Assembly: GCA_020536535.1 (NCBI GenBank)
Contig: JAHLWZ010000498.1
Coordinates: 1-64,000 of the forward strand
Source: Pelomyxa schiedti
Lineage: Eukaryota > Protista > Evosea
Direction of reading: 5' to 3'
Length of the DNA stretch: 64,000 bases
The notes under the pieces were generated by a model that searched no databases, had not been told where the DNA came from, and was given only the letters and a program-made list of their open reading frames with translations. Position 1 is the stretch's first letter. Every line of letters starts with the position of its first letter. The position numbers and the translations under genes are program-made. Positions 1 through 10,795 of this stretch are shown here, one piece after another.

Positions 1-239
1 CCTCTCGAATCCCAGAACGTGTCACGACATTTTGTGATGCTCTGGATTCGACTCCAGTCCAGTCAATAAAAGTTTGACGACATTTTGTCACGCTGGACTG
101 GAGAATTCCGTTCATTCCTCCTCCCCCCCTCACTCTTGCTGGCTCTCTGACTCTCCGCTGACTTGGCTGTGACCTGCTTTTCATTTCGTAAGAACACTCC
201 CACTCCTCTCCAACACAGGAAACAGGTTGGAACATGTGC

Positions 240-600
240 TCGAGCAGCAGCCGGCGCAGCAAGCAGGCAAGCAGGCAGGCAGGCAAGCCAGGAGGAACAC
301 TCCGGGGGGTCTCAAACCCCCAAGTAAGTGCCCATTCCCAATTAATTTCGACTCCACTGATTTCCCTTCACATATACGCGCTCTCTCTGGTGGACTTGAG
401 CACCCCCCTCGACGGGACAAACACTCAGGTGAATTCAACTTCTCCACCAAAATAAACAACACACTTACTTTTCCCCAGATAAACTGATGACAACTGCTCG
501 TTTCCGGCTCTTCGCGGTTCTTGAGGCTCTTCATGGCCTCTCTCGGTCTCTTCCGTCTTTGTCTACCCACCCACACCCCAGTCTGTTGTATTTACCCCCG
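240..600. repeat. Diverged dispersed repeat, copy A (copy B about 53545-53880)
   Basis: Shared blocks such as gcaagc..aggaggaacactc.ggggggtctcaa.cccccaagtaagtgccc, ttcccttcacatata, caggt.aattcaac, acttttccccaga, ccggctctt.gcggttcttgaggctct. Confidence 0.85.
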
Positions 601-834
601 TGTTTTTAAATAAAGCAACCGTTTTCTCTTGCAAAACAATCTCTTTATTTAAGTTTGAACTTTGGGACTCATACTTTCCTGGCGAAATGGTCCTTGCTCT
701 CTGTACCCTGGGAACGTCCGAAATGCCTTCTGGTGGAGGAACACAATAAAGGGGAGTACTGAAGTACCGCTAGAGCAATTTCGTAACAGTCACTTGTTCC
801 ATGAGTTTTGGCAAGGCCACTAGACAACAAGGTA

Positions 835-955
835 AGGTTGAGAGGCGAGACCAGGGCAATGTCCATGAGCCTCTCTTCAACAACTGTTCTTATCTAGTGG
901 TTGTCATTGCCCTGGTCTCGCCTCTCAACCTGTCCATGAGCCTCTCTTCAACAAC
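835..955. repeat. Perfect 27-bp inverted repeat (835-861/905-931) interleaved with a 25-bp direct repeat (860-884/931-955)
   Basis: aggttgagaggcgagaccagggcaatg vs cattgccctggtctcgcctctcaacct; tgtccatgagcctctcttcaacaac twice. Confidence 0.95.
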
Positions 956-1248
956 AAGGCACACACTCTCACTCTGCACAGCACATTGGAATTCCTTGTT
1001 GAAGCACATATGAATCTTCATCCACACCTTCACAGTCTCATCGCGACCTCGCCATAGATAGTGACGTCGCAGTTGGTGAAATAATTGTTGTTACGTCATA
1101 GCGCTTACAGGGCTAATCCAACCTCCAACGACGGTACTTCATGGGTGAACCATACGCTTTTCGTTGAATCAGAAACTAGGCAAAGATATTTCTTTTATTT
1201 TATGGCAAAGACTTATGCACAATGGTTTTGATAGGTGGCCAATGGTGT

Positions 1249-1806
1249 TTAATCCAATACTACAAGAGAGCCTTTCTTTCTCCAGTGCTCTCTGAGTGGG
1301 AATTTGAAAGAACGTTTCATTACCCAGAAGTGTTTGAGGCGAGACCACAAGTGGAAATCCCCGACTAGAAGAAGCAATAGCAGGGCAAAGAGAACAACTA
1401 GCATAGGAGCAAAGGCCTGAAAAATGTTAATAACTGGGCATTGGGGGTGGTTTACCTCCACATAGAATTTTATTCTCTTGGAGCCCTCTAATTTAAGGCA
1501 AAGTAGAATCTCAATAGCAATGAAAGGGCACAATGCCAGAAAAACTATCGCAGTCATCAAAAGGCCAGAGCTCACCCAGTTTGGATTCCTTAAGATTGAA
1601 TTTAAAGGGTGTTGCTTGTAATTTGATACGCACTGATAAAAGTGAACATCACACAGTGTGAATGCACTCACAAAAGCACCTGCATTCATGATCCACAGCG
1701 GAGAAAATACTGCCCAAGATCCCCACTGAGTTATTCCTTGCAATCTCAGCATGGACATGATCTAGTAGCATTAGTAATTGACATCAATTAAAGAGGGGAG
1801 TACCAA
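1249..1806 (-). pseudogene. 5'-truncated duplicate of the last exons of the F-box/TMEM185-like gene at 54014-56596
   Basis: Near-identical to 54014-54566 including two introns; homology stops abruptly at about 1806 and the new upstream sequence puts a TGA in frame just before the retained splice donor. Confidence 0.85.
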
Positions 1807-1911
1807 TCAAATGGGAGGAAATCAGGGCTTGATGCTGCCGGGGATGATCATGGTGGGATTGTTCTTCAGCAACAATCCATTATTTTGTGGGTGATTTCCT
1901 CCCATTTGATT
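1805..1911. repeat. Perfect 20-bp inverted repeat at the duplication breakpoint, with an internal 8-bp hairpin
   Basis: aatcaaatgggaggaaatca (1805-1824) vs tgatttcctcccatttgatt (1892-1911); ggattgtt/aacaatcc inside. Confidence 0.95.
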
Positions 1912-2739
1912 TGCAAAGAATCGCCGTATTTTATGAAAATACAACAGCAAATCGCAACAACAAACAAGAACTCCTTCACTTCTGCCTACATACTATCAAC
2001 ACTCATACTACTCATACTATTTGGGTTGGGGTGTGCTTGACTACAACCACTCCACGGAATATCACCACCAGCAAGTTGGTCAAGCCTTATGTCGAGGTTA
2101 TCCAGTGTGCCACAAGTGTGGCGCCTTGCTTATGGGCCTCCAAAATGACAGTGACTCCTTCGCACCAAGCTACCCCAGTGGCAGGTAATGGTGATGTGCA
2201 GCACGAGGCAACCCAAGGTGCAATTGTTCACTAGTAGTGGGTGCAGTAAGGCTGCACATTCGAGATGTTGCTTGATGTTGCTAGCACTATATAGTTGGAG
2301 GTGTGGAGGGAGTGGCCTAGGAGGCTTGGAATCCACCTTCCTTGTTGTCAAAGACAGTTGCTGGCACAAGCCGAGGCATTTGGCCTTTCAACATTATGGG
2401 CTCGGAGAGTGGCGTGATGTGACTGGACACGTGCATCCCATAATACGGCAGAATTGTTGGCGACCTGCGAAAGTGCCACTGTCGAAACCACAAAGAGGAA
2501 AAAAAGTACCAACAAAGAATTATGATGATTGTTTTCCTTTCCATCACGTTTGTCAGAAAAGGGAAAAAAAAACAGCCAGATTAAAAACACATTAAAAAAG
2601 GGGGTCGTCAGTGCCTACGCGCCGTAAACGTACTTCATTCACCATCGCGATCTACAAACAACCTGTTCTCGTTTTTGTTTTTCTCACTCCCGTGCGTTTT
2701 TTTTTTTTTCCTTCGCTCATACTTTGTAGAGTGGGAGCA

Positions 2740-4718
2740 ATGCCTAAGGTCAATATAAAATGTGCTAGTATCAATAAAGGAGCAGAAGTTGTGCCAGTGG
2801 AGGTTGATAGCCTCGAAATTACTGTCGGAGATTTCAAAGGAATACTTGCAACCAAATTTCCAATTCCTGCAGAGCAGCAGAGATTGATCTATGCAGGTCA
2901 CGTGCTAAAAGATTACGAGTCTCTCTCGCACTATGGTATTGAGCCACACTAGTGCAAAAATGGTCACATATCCACAAAAAAGGTGTCCAAGATGGTCACA
3001 CAGTACACATGGTCCGTGGTACTGCTCAGCCCTCTCAGCCTGCTCAACAACCACAGACTGACGCACAGACACAACAACCACAGTATGAGAGAACTTTTGG
3101 AAATTCTTCTCCAACTTTAACCACAACACAAAAAAAAGAACTCCAACACCAGCTGCAAATGCCCCTCCTCCATCACTATTTGACTTGGGTGGTTCTGGAG
3201 GATTTCCAGGGCTAGATTTACTTGGAGGTGGGGGCGGGGGTGGTATGCCAGATTTCCGGCAATTTGCCCAGCAACTTCAGCGAAATCCTGAGATGATGCG
3301 CCAGATGATGAACAATCCTGTCACGCAATCAATAATGAACAATCCTGAGCTCCTTAGGTTTTTTTTTTTTAAGTTACTGACATTATTGTAACACTCTTTC
3401 AGGAGCCTTATCACATCCAATCCTCAAATGCAAGAACTAATCAACCGAAATCCCGAGATTGGACATATTCTGAATGATCCTCAAGTGCTCCAAATTGATT
3501 CCCGTAATATGTCTAACGTATTTCTTAGACACTTCGCCAAATGATGGAAATGACCCAAAATCCTGAACTGATGCGAGAGATGATGCGCCACACAGATAGA
3601 GCTATGAGCAATTTGGAAGCAATACCAGATGGTTTCAATCAGCTGCGCCGATTATATACAGACATCCAAGAACCCATGCTAAATGCAGCAACTGGAACAG
3701 ACTCATTTCTATTTGGTGGACAACCCGCACAAAACACACAACAGCAACAGCCTCGCCAGGAACAGCCACCACCAACAACACCCAACACACAGCCACTGCC
3801 GAACCCTTGGGCAGCTCCTGCTGGTTTGCCCTTGCTTTGCTAGTGTGTTTGTGTTGTCTGTATCTGCTGTAACTGTTTGCGTTTCATGTGTCCCTTTGGG
3901 CAAGGTTAATCTTACTTTCCTATTTTAGCCACAGGCGGAGCAAGTCTGGGCTCAGGAGCTAACCCTTGGCTTTCTTTTGGTACAAAACTCACTAAAGCAA
4001 TAAAGTTACACTTTCTTACTTACACTCTAACCTAGTGCAGGTGCATCTCCTTTGGGTTCCACAAATTCCCCTCAAACACCATCACCAGCAACTCCCAGTA
4101 CCCCAGCTACAGGGACACAACCCTTCCCGACGTTACCCTTGTGTATGTAATGCATTACTCTGCCCTGTTAACATTTCCCAGTTGGCTTTGATCCTGCAGC
4201 GGCTTCTTCTATGCTTCAAAGCCCAATTATGCAGCAGGTGATGCAGCAGGTGACGGCAAATCCAGAGCTTTTAAATCGAGTATGCGATAACAGAATTCCG
4301 AACTGCTGAATAACACCATTCTAGATGATTGAGGCCAACCCATTTGCTCGCTCTTTATTGGACGCACACCCAGAGATGAGGACGATGTTGCAAGACCCCA
4401 ATTACCTTCGATCGATGACGGAATTGTACTCCCCGCGTCATCGTTTGTCTTTTCTTACCTCTTTCAGACTATCTGGTGCTCACCCTTCATCTACCCCCGC
4501 AACGCCATCACAACCCGCTACTCCTCAGCGTATGAAGCCTCTATTTCTCCTTCACTTCTAAAATACACACAGAACCCCCAGCGGAGCTGTACCGTTCACA
4601 GCTACAACAGCTGAAGGACATGGGCTTCTTTGATGAACAAGAGAACATACAGGCACTCATTGCCTCCAATGGCAACGTGAACAGGGCCGTGGAGCGGTTG
4701 TTGCAGAATTTCCCTTGA
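2740..4718 (+). CDS. UBQLN: Ubiquilin / Dsk2 (UBL-STI1-UBA proteasome shuttle), multi-exon
   Basis: N-terminal UBL ([23 protein letters not shown]), STI1 repeats ([33 protein letters not shown]), C-terminal UBA ([35 protein letters not shown]). Confidence 0.95.
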
Positions 4719-4835
4719 TTAAAAAATTCAGTTCATTTTGCATTCTGTTTTACTGAGAAGGCTGAACACGAAATTTTTTGGTGGGTGCTAGAAGAGGGAA
4801 TGAAGGCTGAGAGGCCGGATTTCTTGTGTGAACTC

Positions 4836-6137
4836 CTAGTGCTTCTTGGTGGCCCAAGCAGGCACCTGCAATAAGGGGCAGTTGCACTCGACGCATAATT
4901 GGCGGACGGCAAGTGAAACACCGGACAGGCACAAGCATAGTGTAACGCCAACGACTGCGAAGGGAGCAACATCAATGAAAAGTCCCTCGGCTCCTTGTGG
5001 GGAAATAAGATGGCTGACTACGGAAACGACTGAGTACCTCTGTGACCCATCCACAACAACAAAGCAAGAGAAGTAAACAACCAAAGCACTGCCACGAGTA
5101 GAAAGTGAAGGCAGGTTATACCTAGATTTTTGTCATTTTAGTAAAAGAGAGGCAATAACCTTTAGGTTCTATTTTTGCATGCAAACGTTTGTCTATAAAG
5201 TGCACAGCACACAACACCGACAGGCATCCATTTGTTATAACGAGTGACCATCCATGAACTTTAATCAAAAGCAGCCACAAAACACTATTTAAAAGATACT
5301 TTGAGCTCAATCCAAAACCTCATTGAGAAGAGATAGGTACCTCCAAACCAGTTGCGCAGATAGAGCCCATAACTCTGAAATGTATGAGCTTCGGCACAGA
5401 TTCTTCACTCTCCGAATATCCATGATTATTTGCCAACCAGACAACTCAAAAACAAGATAAGACTCTAAGGTTCGCGGGCAACATACCACAATAACTAAGG
5501 CGACCAGAATTGCTGGACCAAGAGGTATTCCGGCAACAATCAAGCTCCATATGTACTGATTGGTGGCCGAAACTCCAAAGATACACAGGCATGCTATTTC
5601 AGCTTGCAGAAGCGAGTCCTCTCCTATCACACATATAAGGAAAATCCACACAAGGTGATGGATTGTACCTTGATCTTCCCCAGTGTGCAAAGTGGCCCAT
5701 GTGCTGGTAACTGCACTCCACGGTCCCACAGTCCCGGCAATAACCCCAAGAGTACTAGAAAGGCTGACTCCAAGCACTTTCACCAGCAAGGTAGATGCAA
5801 ATACAACGAAAACAGTGTCGCTGCCGTTATCCAGCATATCGCCAAGTGCACACGCGCAACCAATTCTCCGTGCATGAACGCCATCTACGCCGTCGCATGC
5901 GATGTAGACCGCCACTGACGCACAGAGCAAACCACAAATCAAGGCATGACCATATGGCAGTAGCGTGAAAAAAGCCAGTGAGCACAGCAGGAACTGCACA
6001 CAACCACCGAGTGTGATTGCGTTGGGTGCCAGTGACAGCGGAACAAGATCTTCCAGTCTATGATACGCGAGATCCATTCCACAACACAACCAAGATCCAG
6101 CGACATCCATTACCGGCCTCGTGTACGTGACCTTCAT
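4836..6137 (-). CDS. CDP-alcohol phosphatidyltransferase (choline/ethanolamine phosphotransferase-like)
   Basis: Motif DGVDGVHARRIGCACALGDMLDNGSD and APNAITL; many TM segments; 3' exons inferred to stop at 4836. Confidence 0.85.
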
Positions 6138-6449
6138 TCTTGATGCAAAAAGAAAGAACCAACTGTTGGCACTCTGCAGGGAATTGGTGCCTTTTTTGTT
6201 TAGACAGGTCTTTTATTACCTTTTATTACCTCTAACCCTACGAAATATCCACTGCCTGTTCAGCCACACAAAGAAACATCCCCCAGAAAAAAGACAGTTG
6301 CCAAAAACCCAATTTTTAGTATTTTCTGTGCACTTGTAGTACTATATGCACACTCGCTTCCCCCACTCTAGAACAGTTTGCCTCTCCTCCAACAATCTGG
6401 TCCATTTTGTACCCCAGCAGGTGTAGTGGGGCGCACACATACCGGCGCA

Positions 6450-7158
6450 TCAGAACCTCCAAATACACGGCTGTGGCATTGCACCAGGCCGCAGCTCCTG
6501 CTCTGGTGCAACAGTGCACCCATGGAACCATAGCGCCGTTATGGGTCGTGGGTGGTACGGCTTCCCTGTCTGCTGCTGCTGGATGAGGTCCGAAATCAGA
6601 GTCTGACCAACAGGCCCAGCATTGTGATACAGAACCAGCTGCTCAGGTGTATCAGCGGGGTCAGACATCACATCACCAAAGTTTCGCACAGTGGCCACTG
6701 TTTTAAGGGAAAACTTGTAGCACTTACGTGGTCTAGCACTGGTACGATAGTTCTAAAATTGGTTACCCAGAGTTAAGTTAACAGGATAAATAGGGATGTT
6801 CTAACCTCCACCAATTTTTTCAACCATTCTGTTATGTCCTTTGAGTGGCCTGGTCCCCCATACACCTAACTTTTGATTAACCCAGTGAAGAGGTAAGAAC
6901 TACAAACCATGGTCTCGTCACCAACAAAGGCTAGGAGTTGTGGTACTATAACTCCTTCCATTCCAATTAGTATAAGCTCATGTTCCCCAAGGCAAAACTC
7001 TGGATTTCCTCCCGCCAAGTGACTATGTGCAGTGAGTCCCTGGTGCGGTCCACATTGCCAACTCTGTTCATTTCATGCACCCCAACCAGGACAAAGGCAA
7101 TAAGGACGATCAACGCTGCGACAACGCACATGCTACTCACCTCGCCACGATTTTCCAT
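6450..7158 (-). CDS. Hypothetical protein (about 150 aa, 5 exons)
   Basis: Canonical GT-AG introns join exons into one frame MENRGE..VYGGPGHSKDITEWLKKLVE..ATVRNFGDVMSDP..PCIWRF*; no recognised domain. Confidence 0.5.
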
Positions 7159-7427
7159 CCACAACAAGGGTTTGCCGAGTTGCGCTTTTTTTTTCCCCCA
7201 TTAAATCCAGAGGGAAGTTTCCCAGCACTGAACTTTTTAGTCATATCTACTGCTGCTTCAGACGTAACCCACATTGACAGTGCTCAGTGGAACTCCAAGT
7301 GCCCACAGCACCAAGTTTCCTTTTATTTTTTTTTTTCACAAAGCTTGGTTGTGACGGAACTTCAACTTTCCAGGAAGCAGACACGACATCAACACAACAG
7401 GTATCAGAGACCGTGATCTGCCGGTAG

Positions 7428-8916
7428 ATGGACAAGAGCCTGGCGCTGCGCGTGGCCTCGGTGTTCGTTGTGCTCGCGGCGTCCACGAGCGGGGTGTGCT
7501 TCCCGCTGGTGTCGCAGCGCCTCGTGCCGCACTTCAGCAGCAACAACGTGGTGTTCTCGGCGGCGCGCGCGTTCGGCGCCGGCGTCATCCTCGCCACGGC
7601 GCTCATCCACATCCTGCCCGAGGCCGTCTCCGTCGTGGGCGAGTGCTTCCCCGACGTCGAGTACCCGCTGGCCTTCGCCCTGTGCCTCGTCGCCATCGGC
7701 GCCACGCTGCTGCTCGAGCAGTCCACCGCCGCCTTCTTCGCCGCCCGGCACCGCGCCTCGCGGCACAACTGCGACTCGGGCGGCAACTGCAACCAAGGCG
7801 GCGCCGTGATTGCTGGCTTGGGCGAGATGCTTCCCACAATGGACACCTCGCCGGTTCCTGCTTCTACCGCTGCTACCACCTCTTCTTCGACTTCCGGCTC
7901 TGATTCTACTTCGGGCTTGAATCCGGATTCTGGGTCTAATTCTACTTCTGTTGTGCCAAACTCAGCTTCTGAGGCAGCAAGTGCGACTTCGAAGTCTAAT
8001 TCTACTACTGTTACCAGAGAGGGAGGAATTGAGCATAAGAAACACCAGCATTGTGATAATGATGTGGAGGCAAACGTGGGTGGTGACTCAGACTGCAAAA
8101 AGCACATGGAAGAATTGGAGGTTGTGACTGAGGAAAGAATGGCTGCCGTCGGTCACCGTTTGCACCACCACCATCAACACCAGCATAGCGGCAAATCAAA
8201 GTCTGCTGAGCCGGGTTATTTCTATTTCCCTCCTTTTTTTCCCCTAGAATTAAACTATATTATAATGCGGTTGTTTCTGAAATGTGATGCTGATTCATCT
8301 GAAGAAGCGGAACAGGAATGGATAGTTGCACATATTTTGGAACTAGGAGTAGCTCTACACTCAGTGATCATTGGGCTTGCCCTTGGTACTTCAACTGAAG
8401 TGGCTGATGTACGAGCACTTCTGATAGCACTGTCTTTCCATCAGGTAACACTATCATACCCTATCCCATTAATTCACAGCAATAGTTTTTTGAGGGCATT
8501 GCCTTGGGTGTATGCATACTAGAAGCAAAGCTCAGTTTATTAAGGACAGTAATCATGGTATTGATCTTCTCTATTACAACACCTATCGGGATTGCTGTTG
8601 GAATTGGCGTGGGCTCTACAAATAGAACAGCAGAGGGAGTACTTGAATCACTTGCTGCCGGAATTCTTCTATACATGGTATCGTGCCGTTTTTCTTTGGC
8701 ATGAGTTTTAACCGGGTTTTTTTTTTGAAAATTCTGCATTCTAGTCTCTGGTGGTATGTTCTCATCAGTCTCTAAAGTTACACTAAATACACCTAACAGG
8801 ATATGGTTTCTGATGACTTCCAGAAGACCGGGGAGAAAATACTATCACGCTTTGCGTTGGTTCTGGCATTTTTGTTTGGCGCCAGTGCCATGGCCATTAT
8901 TGGAATGTGGGCTTAG
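7428..8916 (+). CDS. ZIP family zinc/iron transporter
   Basis: AFGAGVILATALIHILPEA; HILELGVALHSVIIGLALG; ALSFHQ/FFEG; His-rich loop HHHHQHQH; ends GMWA*. Confidence 0.95.
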
Positions 8917-9057
8917 GATTGGAATTTTGTCTTCATCCAATCAGAAAAAATCCCACACATTTTTGGTTTCTAAGCCTCTCGAGGCACAGAGAAATAACAC
9001 AATCAAAAATTTTGTTTTTCTCAACAAAATTCATGAAACAGCACCTTGTGGGTACTC

Positions 9058-10128
9058 TCAAAAACCCAAAGGAGAAGGGGGCAGTGGTGGGGGTGGGGCC
9101 AAGGCCTGTGCTAGTTTGTCAAACCTAGCACGTGATGAAAGCAGTTTCTTGTTGGCCAAGTTTATGCATGTGGCAATGTATGTGTCTGGGGCAAGCTGTG
9201 TTCCATTCATGGCGATTGGGACTTCGAGTTTCTTGTTGTCAACAATGCTGACCATGACTTTGTTGTGAACCCCGGTGAGTGTGGGCTGTCATTTCAATTG
9301 TAATGGAAAGCACAAAAGCGTTAGATGACAAGGAAGACAGGCTGGAACAGAAACCTTTTTGAATCCAAGACCTTTTGCAACGATAAGAAGCTTTTGTGCT
9401 GCTTCAAGGTTACGGGCACATATAGCCACAATTGGGCTCTCCATTTTTAGCCACACCTCGAATCTAGTAGTGGAGTAAGTAATAAAAAAAAAAGGAGAAA
9501 AGAGCAAGGAACAACCCTTCATTTTGCAGTATTTTTCCTTTCATGGCCTCGAGAACAACTGACGGTTCGGAAATTTTGTGTGACACGTATAACCACTCAA
9601 CATTGTAGCCGCTAGTGGGGCCACTTTGTGTAACGATAATTCGTCCTGCACAACTACACACAGGGTAACAAACATTGAGAACGTGAAGCAGAAAGTACCT
9701 CGATGTTGTGAAGAAGTCGTTGCTGTGGTGATGGTTTATCTTACATAAATTAAGTTAAGGTGGAAAGAAAGAAAGATACCAAATGCAGTAACGGAATAAT
9801 GTCTTCATCCGCTTCAGTTGCACGCGATTTATCAGCAATATTGTTCTCCAGTTCGAATACAACCCTTTTTTTTTTTTAATAAGAAAGACCCCGTAAAGGG
9901 CGGAAACAAGAACCAGACCAAAAAGGTACAAAAGAAAAAAAAAGGTGGGAAGCAAGTAACTATTAAAAACAGCAACACGTGCTTTTCCTTGTGAAGGTCG
10001 AAATCTACAGTCGTTACTGGAGCCAACAACGGGTACGTAGACGCAGCCCACACGTCGTCATCTCTAACTGTGTTTTTCACCAACCACGCGTAATACTGCA
10101 CCGCTTTAATGTCGTAGTGTCCCGCCAT
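9058..10128 (-). CDS. TYW3: tRNA wybutosine-synthesizing protein 3 (methyltransferase); 5' end uncertain
   Basis: FDLHKEK..DKSR..D..IIPLLHLIN, FFTTSS/CAGRI across an intron, WLYVSH, ESPIVAICAR, LANKKL. Confidence 0.85.
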
Positions 10129-10139
10129 CACGAATTAAT

Positions 10140-10780
10140 TTATTTTGTAAAAAATCACTGGTTCACTCGGAAAGAACACTTTCTCTGGAATCACAGGCGC
10201 CTTTCTACAATACCCATAGTCTAGGTACGACGAACTAGCAGCACCCTCCGCATTGGGAACATTCCAGTGAATTCTAGAAGTCCACCTGGATGAGAAAAAT
10301 AATAAGGGTTGCTATCCGTGCAAGGGACCCAGAAAAAAAACGGTTGGTTGTTGTGGTTGCGTGCTTCACAGTATTTTTTTGAGGAGTGCCCCACAACACA
10401 TCTTCCTTCGCAGGTGTCAGTGTCACGAGGCAGGAGGGTTTGGTGAAGTCAAATTCACCCATTGCAGGTGAATTGGACCTCTAAGACGAATGCCGAGGCA
10501 TTACATCTCGATGAAGACGTTCTGCACGCAGTGGACTTTTCGCATTAATTCAAACAAGAGTGGATTTCGAGGAAGTAAAGTCACTTTATGCACGGCAACC
10601 AACCGAGAAATAGGATTTGTTTTCGGTCCCTTCCCAACAGTATCGAGTCTTCCAAACTGCATTATGGGCAAGGACACTCGGTGGAGTTCCCTCCCTTCTG
10701 CTAACACAATTGGAAAAACGCGTTCGTTATTGGGGATATTGTTAGGTGTGCGTAATAGCGACAATAGTAGCTGTTGGTGT
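10140..10780 (-). CDS. Hypothetical multi-exon ORF, or N-terminal exons of TYW3
   Basis: GT-AG splicing gives a continuous frame ..MGEFDFTKPSCLV..FFSG/WTSRIHWNVPN..PEKVFFP; the start is not identified. Confidence 0.35.
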
Positions 10781-10795
10781 AGAAAGGAGAGATCT

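Noticed and set aside
480-520. ctgatga (hammerhead core/box C) and minus-strand ccggaaacgagcag (SRP helix-8-like)
   Set aside because: No downstream GAAA or stem II, no CAGG partner, and neither motif is conserved in the second copy of the repeat.
1887-2595. Several overlapping 75-135 aa ORFs
   Set aside because: No consistent splice model or domain; probably degenerate or filler DNA.
6232-6240. ctaacccta telomerase-template-like 9-mer
   Set aside because: Too short; lies in ordinary upstream sequence with no supporting structure.
6316-6460. TGA at 6452-6450 followed by Cys-containing frame (possible selenocysteine read-through)
   Set aside because: No redox motif or SECIS recognised; an ordinary stop is simpler.
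7247-8107. Long antisense and alternate-frame ORFs over ZIP (also 19340-20125, 45941-46516, 62193-63131)
   Set aside because: Shadows of GC-rich or low-complexity coding sequence on the opposite strand.
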